Shown: positions 8,407 to 18,103, counted from the stretch's first letter. The stretch is 43,115 nt of DNA from an uncultured Rikenellaceae bacterium (GCA_964607105.1 CAZSJH010000002.1:1-43115), one strand, 5' to 3'. Notes: generated from the sequence alone by a model not told the origin. Numbers and translations: made by a program.

Positions 8407-10089
8407 ATGGAAAAAACCGGACCGGTAAATCTTTATTCATTATCAGGGCTATTGGAAAAAAAATCCGAATTAAGTGATCTTTATGTTCTGGGAGATCCAA
8501 CTTTTATTAACCAAGCACCTAATACCGATGAATGGATTAAAGAAATTGGCAGTCTCTTTGAATCTGAAGAGAATAGTATCTCTACCCGTTTGACTGAAGA
8601 ATTAAGAAATACCCGGGGCTTATTTTCATTGATATTGAAAAAGAGAAATGAATATATCATTGTAAGTGATTTAATACGAAGTTATCCAATATTTTACGGA
8701 TTTCATAACGATAGATTCTTCATAACTGATAAACTTGAGAACTTCCAGAGGGAGCATGGACGCTTTGAGATAGATTATGATAAACTTGAGGAGTATATTT
8801 CCTGTGGTCTGGTTTTAGGAAATGGAACACTATATAAAAATGTCTATGGTTTACAGGCTGGGGAGATTGTGACGATAAATGATGATATAATTAGCTCAAA
8901 TAGATATTTTAAATATATACCTGCCGAGAATCCTGCTCACTTCAAGAACCTTGATGAATTCACTGATGCTTTTGATAAGGTATTGATTTCTGTTTTTTCT
9001 TATATCTTAAAGAAAAATTCGAATGTTAACAGGTGGATAGTACCTTTAAGTGGAGGTCACGATTCCCGATTAATTGTTAATTACCTCTATCGGCTAGGGA
9101 TTAAAAATGTACTATGTTTTACTTATGGCCTGGTAAATAATGAACAGGCAAGAATAAGTAAAAGGGTCGCCGATACTTTAGGTTATGAGTGGCATTTCGT
9201 AGAGTATACAGAACAAAAATGGCAAAAGCTGCATGATAAAGGGCTAATAGATGCCTTTATAAATTATTCCTTCAACGGTGTATCAATTCCCCATCTTCAG
9301 GACTTTCTCGCTATTTATGAATTGAAAGAAAAGAATATTATCACAGATGATGATATTATCATTCCCGGGCATTCTGCCGTAACCGCGAGATTTGATCAGA
9401 ACAATTTTGACTTTTTAGACTATAATGACGTAGTAAGAATAGCTTATTATCATGAGACAGTAGCCAGCAACATCGATATTCTTAATCAACAGGCATTAAA
9501 GGATTTATGCCTTATTGGTGAAATTTCAGATATAGGTCCGGGAAACTTCCGAGCTTTTATTAACTGGCAGGAAAGACAATCAAAATTTACTGTTAACAGT
9601 ATTCAGGCTTATGATTTTTTTGGTTTTAAGAGCCAGCTTCCTTTCTGGGATAGGCTTATGGTTGATTTCTGGTTAGATTATCCTGCAAATCAAAGGGCAG
9701 GGAGGCAAGTACTGTATCAGGCGGAAGAGAATGGACTGCTTGTTGATGAATTGAAGCAAGTTCCATTTGCCGGACAAAAGAAAGTGTCAGAGAATACTGC
9801 CCTTAAAAGCAGAATAAAAAAAATAATACCTGACTTTGTACTTGTTAAAATATTGCGTTTAACAGGTTATAAAGCTAAATTGGATGAAGCAATGAACCAG
9901 GTTTATGCTTTGAAAGCAGGATCTGTACTCGAGCTCCTGGACCCTGTAGATGATTTCCCTCAATCCACACGGTCATATTTTGATGCTAATTTGCATAAAT
10001 TTACATATCAGGTCGACTCTAACTTGATTACAAGGCTTTATACAGTCAGAAAGCTTCTGGATAAAAAAAAAAGGATTAACGGGATATAA
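8407..10089 (+). CDS. Asparagine-synthetase-B-like PP-loop ATP pyrophosphatase lacking the N-terminal Cys nucleophile, copy 2
   Basis: PP-loop PLSGGHDSRLIVNYLYRLGIKNV, nearly identical to copy 1. The LFSLILKK..VSDLIRSYPIFYGFHNDRFFITD and VYGLQAGEIVTI blocks are shared. There is no Cys2. Confidence 0.7.
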   Translation: MEKTGPVNLYSLSGLLEKKSELSDLYVLGDPTFINQAPNTDEWIKEIGSLFESEENSISTRLTEELRNTRGLFSLILKKRNEYIIVSDLIRSYPIFYGFHNDRFFITDKLENFQREHGRFEIDYDKLEEYISCGLVLGNGTLYKNVYGLQAGEIVTINDDIISSNRYFKYIPAENPAHFKNLDEFTDAFDKVLISVFSYILKKNSNVNRWIVPLSGGHDSRLIVNYLYRLGIKNVLCFTYGLVNNEQARISKRVADTLGYEWHFVEYTEQKWQKLHDKGLIDAFINYSFNGVSIPHLQDFLAIYELKEKNIITDDDIIIPGHSAVTARFDQNNFDFLDYNDVVRIAYYHETVASNIDILNQQALKDLCLIGEISDIGPGNFRAFINWQERQSKFTVNSIQAYDFFGFKSQLPFWDRLMVDFWLDYPANQRAGRQVLYQAEENGLLVDELKQVPFAGQKKVSENTALKSRIKKIIPDFVLVKILRLTGYKAKLDEAMNQVYALKAGSVLELLDPVDDFPQSTRSYFDANLHKFTYQVDSNLITRLYTVRKLLDKKKRINGI

Positions 10090-10181
10090 ACTTATTACTG
10101 CAATTATAACCTCAGAAGTGAAAACAATACCATTACCTTATACTAAAAGTAGAATAAACCAATAATTAACTCAGACCCGGA

Positions 10182-11306
10182 GTGGATAGAAAAAAAATCC
10201 TGATCGTCTCAGCAACTTTTTACCCTGAAAACTCACCACGTTCTTTTCGAACAACAGAGTTGGTAAAAGAAATGTCCCGGCAGGGACATGAAGTGCATAT
10301 TTATATTCCATTCAGGGGAAATGATTACAGCGAATTTGCCAGTGAACATAATCTGACAATAAAAGACCTTGGTAAACTAAGGTTTAAAAGCATTGAGCTT
10401 AAGGGCAGAAGGCTGGGGATGTATTTAAGGCGCATAGTAAGAAGAAGTATGACATTATTACTGGAGTACCCATATATTGAATTAATGTTTAAGGTCTCAA
10501 AGCATCTGAGGAAAGAGGATAATTATGATATGTTAATATCCATCGCAGTACCTTTTTCTGTACACTGGGGAGTGGCAAAGGCCCGGAGGAAGAACCACCG
10601 GATAGCTTCTATTTGGGTTGCTGACTGCGGTGATCCCTTTATGGGCAAACAGACTGATAGTTTCCAACGGCCTTTCTATTTTAAATATGTTGAAAAATGG
10701 TTCTCCCGTAAATGCGATTACCTTTCAGTACCGTTTGATGCCTTGAAAGATAAGTTTTACCCGGAGTTTAGTGATAAAATGCTTGTTATACCACAGGGTT
10801 TTAAGGTAGAAGACATTAAACTGGCTGACAAAGTCGATAACCCGGTACCTACATTTGCATTTTCAGGCTCAATAATTCCAGGGATACGTGATCTTAATTT
10901 GTTCTTTGAAATCCTGAAAGAAATAAATCGCAAGTTCAAGTTCTACATTTTTACCAGCCAGCCTGAATATTTTATGTCATTCAAGAATTATTTCGGAGAT
11001 AATCTGGAGATCAGCGGATATATTCCCAGATTGAAATTACTATATGAATTAAGCAAGTGTGATTTCCTGGTGAATGTTGATACTATCTATGACGGACAGT
11101 CATTAAATGCAGCCTTCCCAAGTAAACTTATTGACTATTCATTCACAAAAAGACCTATACTCAATATTTGCAGTAATTCTATAGATAAGGAAGTCGTTTT
11201 ACAATTCTTGGACGGAAACTATATAAATGAACGTAAAGTTGATTCTGATAAATACAGAATAGAGAATATTGTAGTAAGTTTTCTTGAACTTATTAATTCA
11301 GATTGA
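10182..11306 (+). CDS. GT-B fold glycosyltransferase (GT4-like)
   Basis: The N-terminus KILIVSATFYPENSPRSFRTTELVKEMSRQGHEVHIY is typical of the GT4 N-domain, and the C-terminal FPSKLIDYSFTKRPILN resembles the GT-B acceptor/donor loop. GTG start. This is the intact counterpart of the pseudogene at 5111..5725. Confidence 0.6.
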   Translation: MDRKKILIVSATFYPENSPRSFRTTELVKEMSRQGHEVHIYIPFRGNDYSEFASEHNLTIKDLGKLRFKSIELKGRRLGMYLRRIVRRSMTLLLEYPYIELMFKVSKHLRKEDNYDMLISIAVPFSVHWGVAKARRKNHRIASIWVADCGDPFMGKQTDSFQRPFYFKYVEKWFSRKCDYLSVPFDALKDKFYPEFSDKMLVIPQGFKVEDIKLADKVDNPVPTFAFSGSIIPGIRDLNLFFEILKEINRKFKFYIFTSQPEYFMSFKNYFGDNLEISGYIPRLKLLYELSKCDFLVNVDTIYDGQSLNAAFPSKLIDYSFTKRPILNICSNSIDKEVVLQFLDGNYINERKVDSDKYRIENIVVSFLELINSD

Positions 11307-11333
11307 TATCCGGTAACTATACTAATAAGTAAT

Positions 11334-12623
11334 ATGGATTTTAAAGAGAATATTGCAGAGTCTAAAATGTTTACTGCCACTGAAAGATGGAAAGAGGGAT
11401 TTAATTACTTCATAAGCTTCTTTCTATGGCCTTTTGGAGTTACCCTTGCAGCTTTAAGACACTGGGACAGACCATGGTCAAAAAATGTATTTTGGCTGTT
11501 TTGTATTTTTCTTGGCTTTACTTTTATAATTGCAGAAGAAGGCGGTGCTGATTCGGACAGATATGCCAGGTTATTTATTCATTATGCTCACTCCAACCTC
11601 AGCCTTTCAGAACTATGGAGTTCCTTCTACAGTGAGACCTCCAGTTATGTTGATATTTTTTCCCCACTGGTGACCTACCTGGTTTCCCGTTTAACTGACA
11701 ATCCAATATTCCTTTTTACCGTTTTTGCTTTTATTTTTGGATACTTCTTCTCAAGAAATATATGGTATGTCCTTGAAAGGCTTGATGGTAAAACCACGCT
11801 TATAGTATTTATTTATATTCTAACCTTTGCATTGATAAATCCCATATGGAATATCAATGGTTTCCGTTATAATGTTGCTGCACAGGTATTTCTGTTCGGG
11901 GCACTTCCTTATGTCCTGGAAGGTGATCGTAAAAGTTTAATCTGGTCGGGTGTTTCAATTTTTTTCCATTTTTCCTTCATGTTTCCTGTTGCAATTCTTC
12001 TTATATACATCATATTGAAGAACAGGCTCAATATCTACTTTGTGTTTTTTATAATCTCAGCCTTTATTAAAGAAATTGATCTTATGTATGTGCGGTCAGC
12101 CTTGCTGTTTCTGCCGGATATTTTTCATAATAAAGTAATAAATTATACCAACCCGGAGTATGCTGAAGCTTTGAGTAATTCAAGTCAAATGCTAAACTGG
12201 TATGTACCTTTATCAATTAATTCAATAAAATGGGTTGTATATGGTACCATGGTATATATCTATTTTTTTGGCAGGCACTTTCTTAAGGAAAGGAAGGGCT
12301 TAAATTCGTTGATGAGTTTTTCCCTATTACTATATGCTTGTGCCAATATTGTCAGCCTGATTCCAATCATGGGCCGTTTCATAATGGTATCAAACACTTT
12401 TATGTATGCCTTTATAATTTTGTTTATTACATCCTTCCCGAATATTAAGGGCATGAAATTAATTAATGTATTATCACTACCTTTTATATTACTGTCCTGT
12501 ATAGTCAGCATAAGAATTGGGATGGATTACTATGGCTTAATGGCAGTATTGGGAAATCCATTTATTGCTGCAGTATATTCAGATACTACCCCTATGATAA
12601 ACAGTATTAAACGGTTATTATAG
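11334..12623 (+). CDS. Polytopic membrane protein, candidate Wzy-type (EpsG-like) repeat-unit polymerase
   Basis: 429 aa with roughly 10 or more hydrophobic helices and no soluble domain. It sits in a locus with Wzx and a BY-kinase but no other polymerase candidate. The call rests on context and topology only. Confidence 0.5.
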   Translation: MDFKENIAESKMFTATERWKEGFNYFISFFLWPFGVTLAALRHWDRPWSKNVFWLFCIFLGFTFIIAEEGGADSDRYARLFIHYAHSNLSLSELWSSFYSETSSYVDIFSPLVTYLVSRLTDNPIFLFTVFAFIFGYFFSRNIWYVLERLDGKTTLIVFIYILTFALINPIWNINGFRYNVAAQVFLFGALPYVLEGDRKSLIWSGVSIFFHFSFMFPVAILLIYIILKNRLNIYFVFFIISAFIKEIDLMYVRSALLFLPDIFHNKVINYTNPEYAEALSNSSQMLNWYVPLSINSIKWVVYGTMVYIYFFGRHFLKERKGLNSLMSFSLLLYACANIVSLIPIMGRFIMVSNTFMYAFIILFITSFPNIKGMKLINVLSLPFILLSCIVSIRIGMDYYGLMAVLGNPFIAAVYSDTTPMINSIKRLL

Positions 12624-12665
12624 TAATGAACAAGGCAATCAGGGGTTCTTTACACCAGATACATT

Positions 12666-13811
12666 TTGGCACTTAAACCTTATTTAGGACGTATATATAC
12701 AAATTTACGAGGCTGGAGGACTAAGCGTAAAATTGTAGTAATCGAGTCTGATGACTGGGGAAGTATAAGAATGCCTTCAAGGGAAGTATATGAACAATGC
12801 CTGGATGCAGGTTATCCCGTTGATAATGTATCCTATGATCGGTATGATTCACTCCTGAGCCAGTCTGACCTGGAATTACTTTTTGAATTGCTGACAAAAT
12901 ACCGTGATAAAAACGGTAACCATCCTGCCATAACTGCCAATTGTGTTGTTGCAAATCCTGATTTTGAAAAAATCAGGAGGGATAATTTTCAGAAATATCA
13001 TTATGAATTAATTACTGATACTTTCAAAAGATATCCTGCACATAAAAACAACTTAAGTATGTGGAAAGAAGGAGTACAAAAAAAAATTTTCCTTCCGCAG
13101 TTTCACGCAAGAGAGCATTTGAATGTTAGTTTATTCATGAAGTACCTTCAGGATGGCAACAGGGATGTCCATTTTGGTTTTGAAAATGGAATGCCGGGTA
13201 TCATTCTTAACGGGCCCAGAGGCACAGGTAATTATTTTGTTGAAGCAAGCCACTATGAATCAGTATCAGATAAGGAAGATAAACTAAATATTTATATTGA
13301 GGGTCTCGACTTGTTTGAAGGGCTTTTTGGATACAGATCTGAATCAATAATACCTCCTAACTACACATGGAGTCCAGACTTTGATGCTGCCGTGCTCAAT
13401 AAGGGTGTAAGAATATTTCAGGGCTTACGAAAAATGAAGGAGCCGGTTCCAGGTGATGGTTATATATATCATTCGTCTTTCATCGGTAAAAGGAATTCGC
13501 TGGGGCAGGTTTATCTTGTAAGGAATGCTTTATTTGAACCCTCAATGTTCAATCTCGGTGTTAAAAATCATGTGGATCGGTGTTTAAAAGAAATATCCAT
13601 TGCCTTTGCAATGCAAAAACCGGCCATAATTACCAGTCACCGTATTAATTATTCAGGTTTTATAGACTGCAGTAACCGAGATAGAAATCTTAAAATGCTT
13701 GACGAGTTGTTATCGAAAATGTTGAAACAGTGGCCACGGATTGAGTTTATGACATCAGATCAACTGGGGCTTTTGATAAGTAATGAGAATCACCAAACAA
13801 TAATTACTTAA
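12666..13811 (+). CDS. Divergent CE4/NodB-like (deacetylase-fold) protein, paralog A
   Basis: VVIESDDWGS (Asp-Asp motif), PQFHAREHLN (HxxxH) and ITSHRINYSG. It is colinear with 25785..26906. TTG start. The family assignment is tentative. Confidence 0.4.
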   Translation: MALKPYLGRIYTNLRGWRTKRKIVVIESDDWGSIRMPSREVYEQCLDAGYPVDNVSYDRYDSLLSQSDLELLFELLTKYRDKNGNHPAITANCVVANPDFEKIRRDNFQKYHYELITDTFKRYPAHKNNLSMWKEGVQKKIFLPQFHAREHLNVSLFMKYLQDGNRDVHFGFENGMPGIILNGPRGTGNYFVEASHYESVSDKEDKLNIYIEGLDLFEGLFGYRSESIIPPNYTWSPDFDAAVLNKGVRIFQGLRKMKEPVPGDGYIYHSSFIGKRNSLGQVYLVRNALFEPSMFNLGVKNHVDRCLKEISIAFAMQKPAIITSHRINYSGFIDCSNRDRNLKMLDELLSKMLKQWPRIEFMTSDQLGLLISNENHQTIIT

Positions 13812-13812
13812 T

Positions 13813-14940
13813 ATGTATATTAGAATACTCACATGTAGTTCATTATCATACAAAGAACGAATTAAGAACTTCGTAAGATACTATATGGTAAGAAGAAGTG
13901 CCCGAATTCAGTGGGGAAAAAGGGGTTTCATCAAAATTTTGTCTAAAAATCCTGAATATGGAGTACCAGCAGAAAAGTCTGTTGAAGAAGCTCATAAGAA
14001 GTATTGGAAACCCTTTAGAAAGAAGGTAAACCTTACCACACTAAGGTTAACAAAAAATATATCAGGAGTCTCAAATCCAAAATTTATACCACATGAAATA
14101 TTTGCATCGGATATAGAACCTCTTATGAATCAATCTCCTGGAATTATATACCTTACTTATAAAAGTTTATCAAACCATTGGTTCCCAGGCAATATTTTCC
14201 CCCGTGATTATTTTCATAATATTGATGGTGGATGGTTCGACCATAATCTGGAGCCGGTAGATCTGAATCAGATATATTCTATAATAGAAAAAATAAAATA
14301 TCCTGTAGTAATGAAACCCAACAGGGATTCCTATGGCGGTAAGAATATTCATTTCCCTGAGTCTAAAGCAGAACTCCTAAAACTTATTGAGGGACAAACG
14401 GACATTCTCGTTCAGGAGGAGATAAAGAAGCATCCTTTTTACGAACAGTTTGGTAAAAAAGGCCTTAATACGCTCCGGGTTAACGTTTACCGTTCATTCA
14501 TAGATAATAACTGGCACGTAACCAGTGCAGCTCTGCGAATGGGTATTAGTGGATCATTAGATAACCTGTCATCAGGAGGGATAGCAGCATTGATAAATAC
14601 AGATGGGTTCTTAAATGGTTTTGCAATTGATTATGCCGGGAATAAATATTTTAAACATCCCGATACCGGAGTGGCTTTTGATCAGGAAATACCTGATTTT
14701 GAAGGGCTGAAAAAAATTTCACTGGATATAGCCAATAAATTATTTTATGCCAGGTTAGCATCTCTGGATATTTGCTATGATTTTGAAGGCAGGTGGAAAG
14801 CGATAGAAGTTAATATAACCAATACTTCCTTAAGCCATTTTGCTCAGCATCACGGAGCAGAATTTTTCGGTGAATTTACCGATGAAGTATACGAATATTG
14901 TTTAAAGAATCACTGGGCACTAAAATCAGACAAACTATGA
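13813..14940 (+). CDS. ATP-grasp amidoligase of the sugar-transfer-associated type (ATPgrasp_ST-like)
   Basis: YPVVMKPNRDSYGGKNIHF (ATP-grasp phosphate loop region), LNTLRVNVYRS, and AALRMGISGSLDNLSSGGIAALINTDGFLNG (DNxxxGG signature). Confidence 0.65.
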   Translation: MYIRILTCSSLSYKERIKNFVRYYMVRRSARIQWGKRGFIKILSKNPEYGVPAEKSVEEAHKKYWKPFRKKVNLTTLRLTKNISGVSNPKFIPHEIFASDIEPLMNQSPGIIYLTYKSLSNHWFPGNIFPRDYFHNIDGGWFDHNLEPVDLNQIYSIIEKIKYPVVMKPNRDSYGGKNIHFPESKAELLKLIEGQTDILVQEEIKKHPFYEQFGKKGLNTLRVNVYRSFIDNNWHVTSAALRMGISGSLDNLSSGGIAALINTDGFLNGFAIDYAGNKYFKHPDTGVAFDQEIPDFEGLKKISLDIANKLFYARLASLDICYDFEGRWKAIEVNITNTSLSHFAQHHGAEFFGEFTDEVYEYCLKNHWALKSDKL

Positions 14941-16016
14941 TACGGGTTAACATCAATAAGATACTTTTTCATTTTAGAATGATGCTAAACAGATTATTCG
15001 AAACGATTAAAATGGGATTGATTTTAAGTTATGTAAGAAATCAAGCACATATTCAAAGGAGAGATGCTGTTAGAGAAAAGGGCATCAAGGCTCTGGACAG
15101 AAAAACAAAAAGAACTATAAAAAAATATGCCAGACAACGATTTGGCAAAGCATCATATTGGCCATACCTGGCCCTTTATACCGAAATAAGGGGACAATTC
15201 ATCAAGGGGTGGATTCCAGCAGATTACTACAGGTTTAAGTTGTTGCCAAAGATCAACCCAAAACCCTCTGTTTATATGGATGCATTAAAAACTTTTGATT
15301 ACAGATTATTTGGTGATTTTGCCGTAAAACCACTTCTGCTGTATATAAATGGCCTCTTCTATAACACAGAAATGGAAGTGGTTGAAAAAAATAGTATTGA
15401 AACCATGATGGCTGAATATGATAATGAAATTGTAATAAAAGAAGAAGGAGGATGGGGTGGTGAGCAGGTAAGCGTTATTCACTCTAACGATTTTGATGAA
15501 ACGAGATTCGATAAAAGGAAAAATTTCGTAATTCAGCCCTATGTGAGACAATATAAAGTATTAAACGACCTGTATCCTCATAGCGTCAATACTTTACGGG
15601 TAAATACTTTTATAAGAAAGAACGGATCCATCGACACTTTGTCTGTATGGTTACGCTTTGGGGGCGATGGAAGAAGGGTAGATAATATAACATCCGGTGG
15701 TAGTTATCTGTATTTTGATCTCAATGGAAAATCCGAAAAAGTGAGTTACGATATGTCAACAGGCAGTGAGCAAGGTGACAGACATAAAGATACAGGTTAC
15801 ATTTTCTCTGATATTAAAATACCTATGTTCAACAAAGTACTGGATGCCTGTAAGGATGCTCATAAAAAGTATCCTTATGTAAGATTGATAGCCTGGGATG
15901 TAGCTGTCGACAGCTCTGGGGAACCAAAGCTTCTGGAGTGGAATGCTAACAATCCTGAGTTCGTATACACTGATGCTAAATTTGGTCCGCACTGGTACGA
16001 AGACGAAGAAATTTAG
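14937..16016 (+). CDS. ATP-grasp amidoligase (ATPgrasp_ST-like), second copy
   Basis: VNTLRVNTFIRKNGSIDTLSVWLRFGGDGRRVDNITSGGSYLYFDLNGK, then RLIAWDVAVDSSGEPKLLEWNANNPEF. I prefer the ATG at 14937 (ATGA overlap with the upstream stop) over the track start at 14898. Confidence 0.65.
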   Translation: MIRVNINKILFHFRMMLNRLFETIKMGLILSYVRNQAHIQRRDAVREKGIKALDRKTKRTIKKYARQRFGKASYWPYLALYTEIRGQFIKGWIPADYYRFKLLPKINPKPSVYMDALKTFDYRLFGDFAVKPLLLYINGLFYNTEMEVVEKNSIETMMAEYDNEIVIKEEGGWGGEQVSVIHSNDFDETRFDKRKNFVIQPYVRQYKVLNDLYPHSVNTLRVNTFIRKNGSIDTLSVWLRFGGDGRRVDNITSGGSYLYFDLNGKSEKVSYDMSTGSEQGDRHKDTGYIFSDIKIPMFNKVLDACKDAHKKYPYVRLIAWDVAVDSSGEPKLLEWNANNPEFVYTDAKFGPHWYEDEEI

Positions 16017-16034
16017 GCGAATAAGATTAAGTAC

Positions 16035-17066
16035 ATGAAATTAGCAATTCACCATAGAGATAAGAGTTTCAGCCGTGGATGGATTGATAATTGTATTAAA
16101 CATAATATAGACCACAAGATTGTTAACTGTTACGCTAACAATATTATCGAGCAAGTTAACGATTGTGATATTTTGATGTGGCACCACCACCATGAAAGTT
16201 CCAAAGATATTCAGTTTGCTAAGCAATTGATTTATTCCCTTGAGATGGCAGGTAAGCTTGTCTTTCCGGATTTCAGGACCACATGGCATTTCGATGACAA
16301 GCTCGGCCAGAAATACCTCCTTGAATCAATCGGAGCTCCGCTTGTTCCTGTAAATGTTTTCTATTCAATGGAGGATGCAAAAAAATGGATACATGAGTCA
16401 GAGTTCCCAAAGGTTTTCAAATTGCGTGGTGGCTCAGGCTCAATGAATGTCAGACTGGTGAAATCATCAAGCCATGCTATCAGGCTTGCCAGGAAGGCAT
16501 TCAGATCAGGATTTAAAAATTACAATTCATTTTTCCAGCTTAAAGACAGGTGGACTAATTACAGAATTAAAGATGCACCATTAACAGAAGTATTTGAAGG
16601 TCTTGCAAGATTTTTTATACCAACCAGATTCTGGACTATTACCGGTAAGGACCGTGGATATATTTATTTTCAGGATTTTCTCCCGGGAAATACTCATGAT
16701 ATCAGGATAAACTATGTGTATAACAAATGTTTTGCCTGCAGGCGAAAAGTAAGGCAAAATGATTTCAGGGCTTCAGGTAGTGGTGTGCCCGATTGGGATG
16801 TGTCAAATATCCCTGATAAGGCTTTATCGATTGCTTTTAATGTTGCCAATGAGCTGAAGCTTCAATGTGCAGCTTTCGATTTCATATTAAAGGACGAAGA
16901 TCCACTTATAACAGAAATAAGTTATGGATTTGGCACCCTTCCGGAAATGTTTAATTATGGATACTGGGATGAAAACCTGACTTATTATCCGGGTAATTTT
17001 GATCCTTACGGATGGATGGTCCAGGGTATATTGAAAGAAAAAGAATCGCTGATAAATACTAAATGA
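16035..17066 (+). CDS. ATP-grasp domain protein (RimK/generic amidoligase-like), paralog 1
   Basis: DKLGQKYLLESIGAPLVPVNVFYSMEDAKKWIHESEFPKVFKLRGGSGSMNVRLVKS, YIYFQDFLPGNTHDIRINYVYNKCFACRRKV..DFRASGSG, and ITEISYGFG. Confidence 0.65.
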   Translation: MKLAIHHRDKSFSRGWIDNCIKHNIDHKIVNCYANNIIEQVNDCDILMWHHHHESSKDIQFAKQLIYSLEMAGKLVFPDFRTTWHFDDKLGQKYLLESIGAPLVPVNVFYSMEDAKKWIHESEFPKVFKLRGGSGSMNVRLVKSSSHAIRLARKAFRSGFKNYNSFFQLKDRWTNYRIKDAPLTEVFEGLARFFIPTRFWTITGKDRGYIYFQDFLPGNTHDIRINYVYNKCFACRRKVRQNDFRASGSGVPDWDVSNIPDKALSIAFNVANELKLQCAAFDFILKDEDPLITEISYGFGTLPEMFNYGYWDENLTYYPGNFDPYGWMVQGILKEKESLINTK

Positions 17067-17083
17067 TAAATATTTATTAAGTA

Positions 17084-18103
17084 ATGAAGCTGGCAGTACA
17101 CCATCGAGAAGGATCTTTCAGTAAATACTGGCTTGAATATTGTGAATCAAATAATATTCACTGTAAAAGAGTGGATTGTTACCGTAATGATATAATCGAT
17201 CAGCTTTCTGACTGTGATGCCTTGATGTGGCATCACAATCATATCAGCCCTAAAGATCCAATTTTTGCCAAGCAATTACTTTTCACACTTGAAACATCAG
17301 GAATGACAGTATGCCCTGATTTTAGATCAAACTGGCATTTTAATGACAAATTGGGTCAGAAATATTTACTTGAATCCATAAAGGCTCCTGCCGTTCCATC
17401 ACATGCTTTTTATTCAAAGAATGATGCCTTAGACTGGTTAAAAAAAGCCTCTTTACCTAAAGTATTTAAATTGCGCGGCGGTTCTGGTTCTGATAGTGTC
17501 AAATTGGTCAAGAACAGAAGAGAAGCTTTAAGATTAATAAATAGATCATTTGGCAGGGGTTTCAAACAATATAATGCTATAGGTAGTTTAAAAGAACGGC
17601 TGAGACAATTCAGGAATGGTAAGGTAGATCACACCGAGGTTATTAAAGGAATAATCAGGCTGTTTGCTCCACCTCCTTATTCACGGGTTCTCAAAAGGGA
17701 TCGTGGTTATGCTTATTTCCAAGACTTCATCCCGGCTAATACTCATGATATAAGAGTTACCTATGTGTTCAACAGGTGTTTTGCTCTAAGGCGAAAAGTA
17801 AGACCGGGAGATTTCAGGGCCTCAGGAAGTGGGATGATCGAATATGATATGTCAAAAATACCTCTGGAAGCATTAAAAATTGCTTTTAGTGTTGCAAATC
17901 AGTTGAAACTACAATGTGCAGCATTTGACTTTGTGTTGGATAAGGGCGAACCACTTATAGTTGAATTGAGTTATGGCTTTGGCTACGATACCGACCAGTT
18001 TAATCATGGATACTGGGATGAGCACCTTAATTATTACCCGGGTACTTTTAACCCTTACGGCTGGATGGTTGAGGGTGTTATAGAACAACATAATTCAAAG
18101 TGA
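17084..18103 (+). CDS. ATP-grasp domain protein (RimK/generic amidoligase-like), paralog 2
   Basis: Colinear with 16035..17066 (KVFKLRGGSGSDSVKLVKN, YAYFQDFIPANTHDIRVTYVFNRCFALRRKVRPGDFRASGSG, QCAAFDFVL). Confidence 0.65.
   Translation: MKLAVHHREGSFSKYWLEYCESNNIHCKRVDCYRNDIIDQLSDCDALMWHHNHISPKDPIFAKQLLFTLETSGMTVCPDFRSNWHFNDKLGQKYLLESIKAPAVPSHAFYSKNDALDWLKKASLPKVFKLRGGSGSDSVKLVKNRREALRLINRSFGRGFKQYNAIGSLKERLRQFRNGKVDHTEVIKGIIRLFAPPPYSRVLKRDRGYAYFQDFIPANTHDIRVTYVFNRCFALRRKVRPGDFRASGSGMIEYDMSKIPLEALKIAFSVANQLKLQCAAFDFVLDKGEPLIVELSYGFGYDTDQFNHGYWDEHLNYYPGTFNPYGWMVEGVIEQHNSK

Noticed and set aside
10063-10072. Homopolymer tracts as phase-variation switches: A10 at 10063-10072, A9 at 13078-13086 (mid-gene in the CE4-like paralog A), A8 at 10190-10197 (codons 3-5 of the GT)
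   Set aside because: In so AT-rich a sequence, A8-A10 runs encoding Lys are expected by chance. The A10 tract would affect only the last few codons. I have no population or read-level length variation to examine. The A9 and A8 tracts could still be worth checking in read data.
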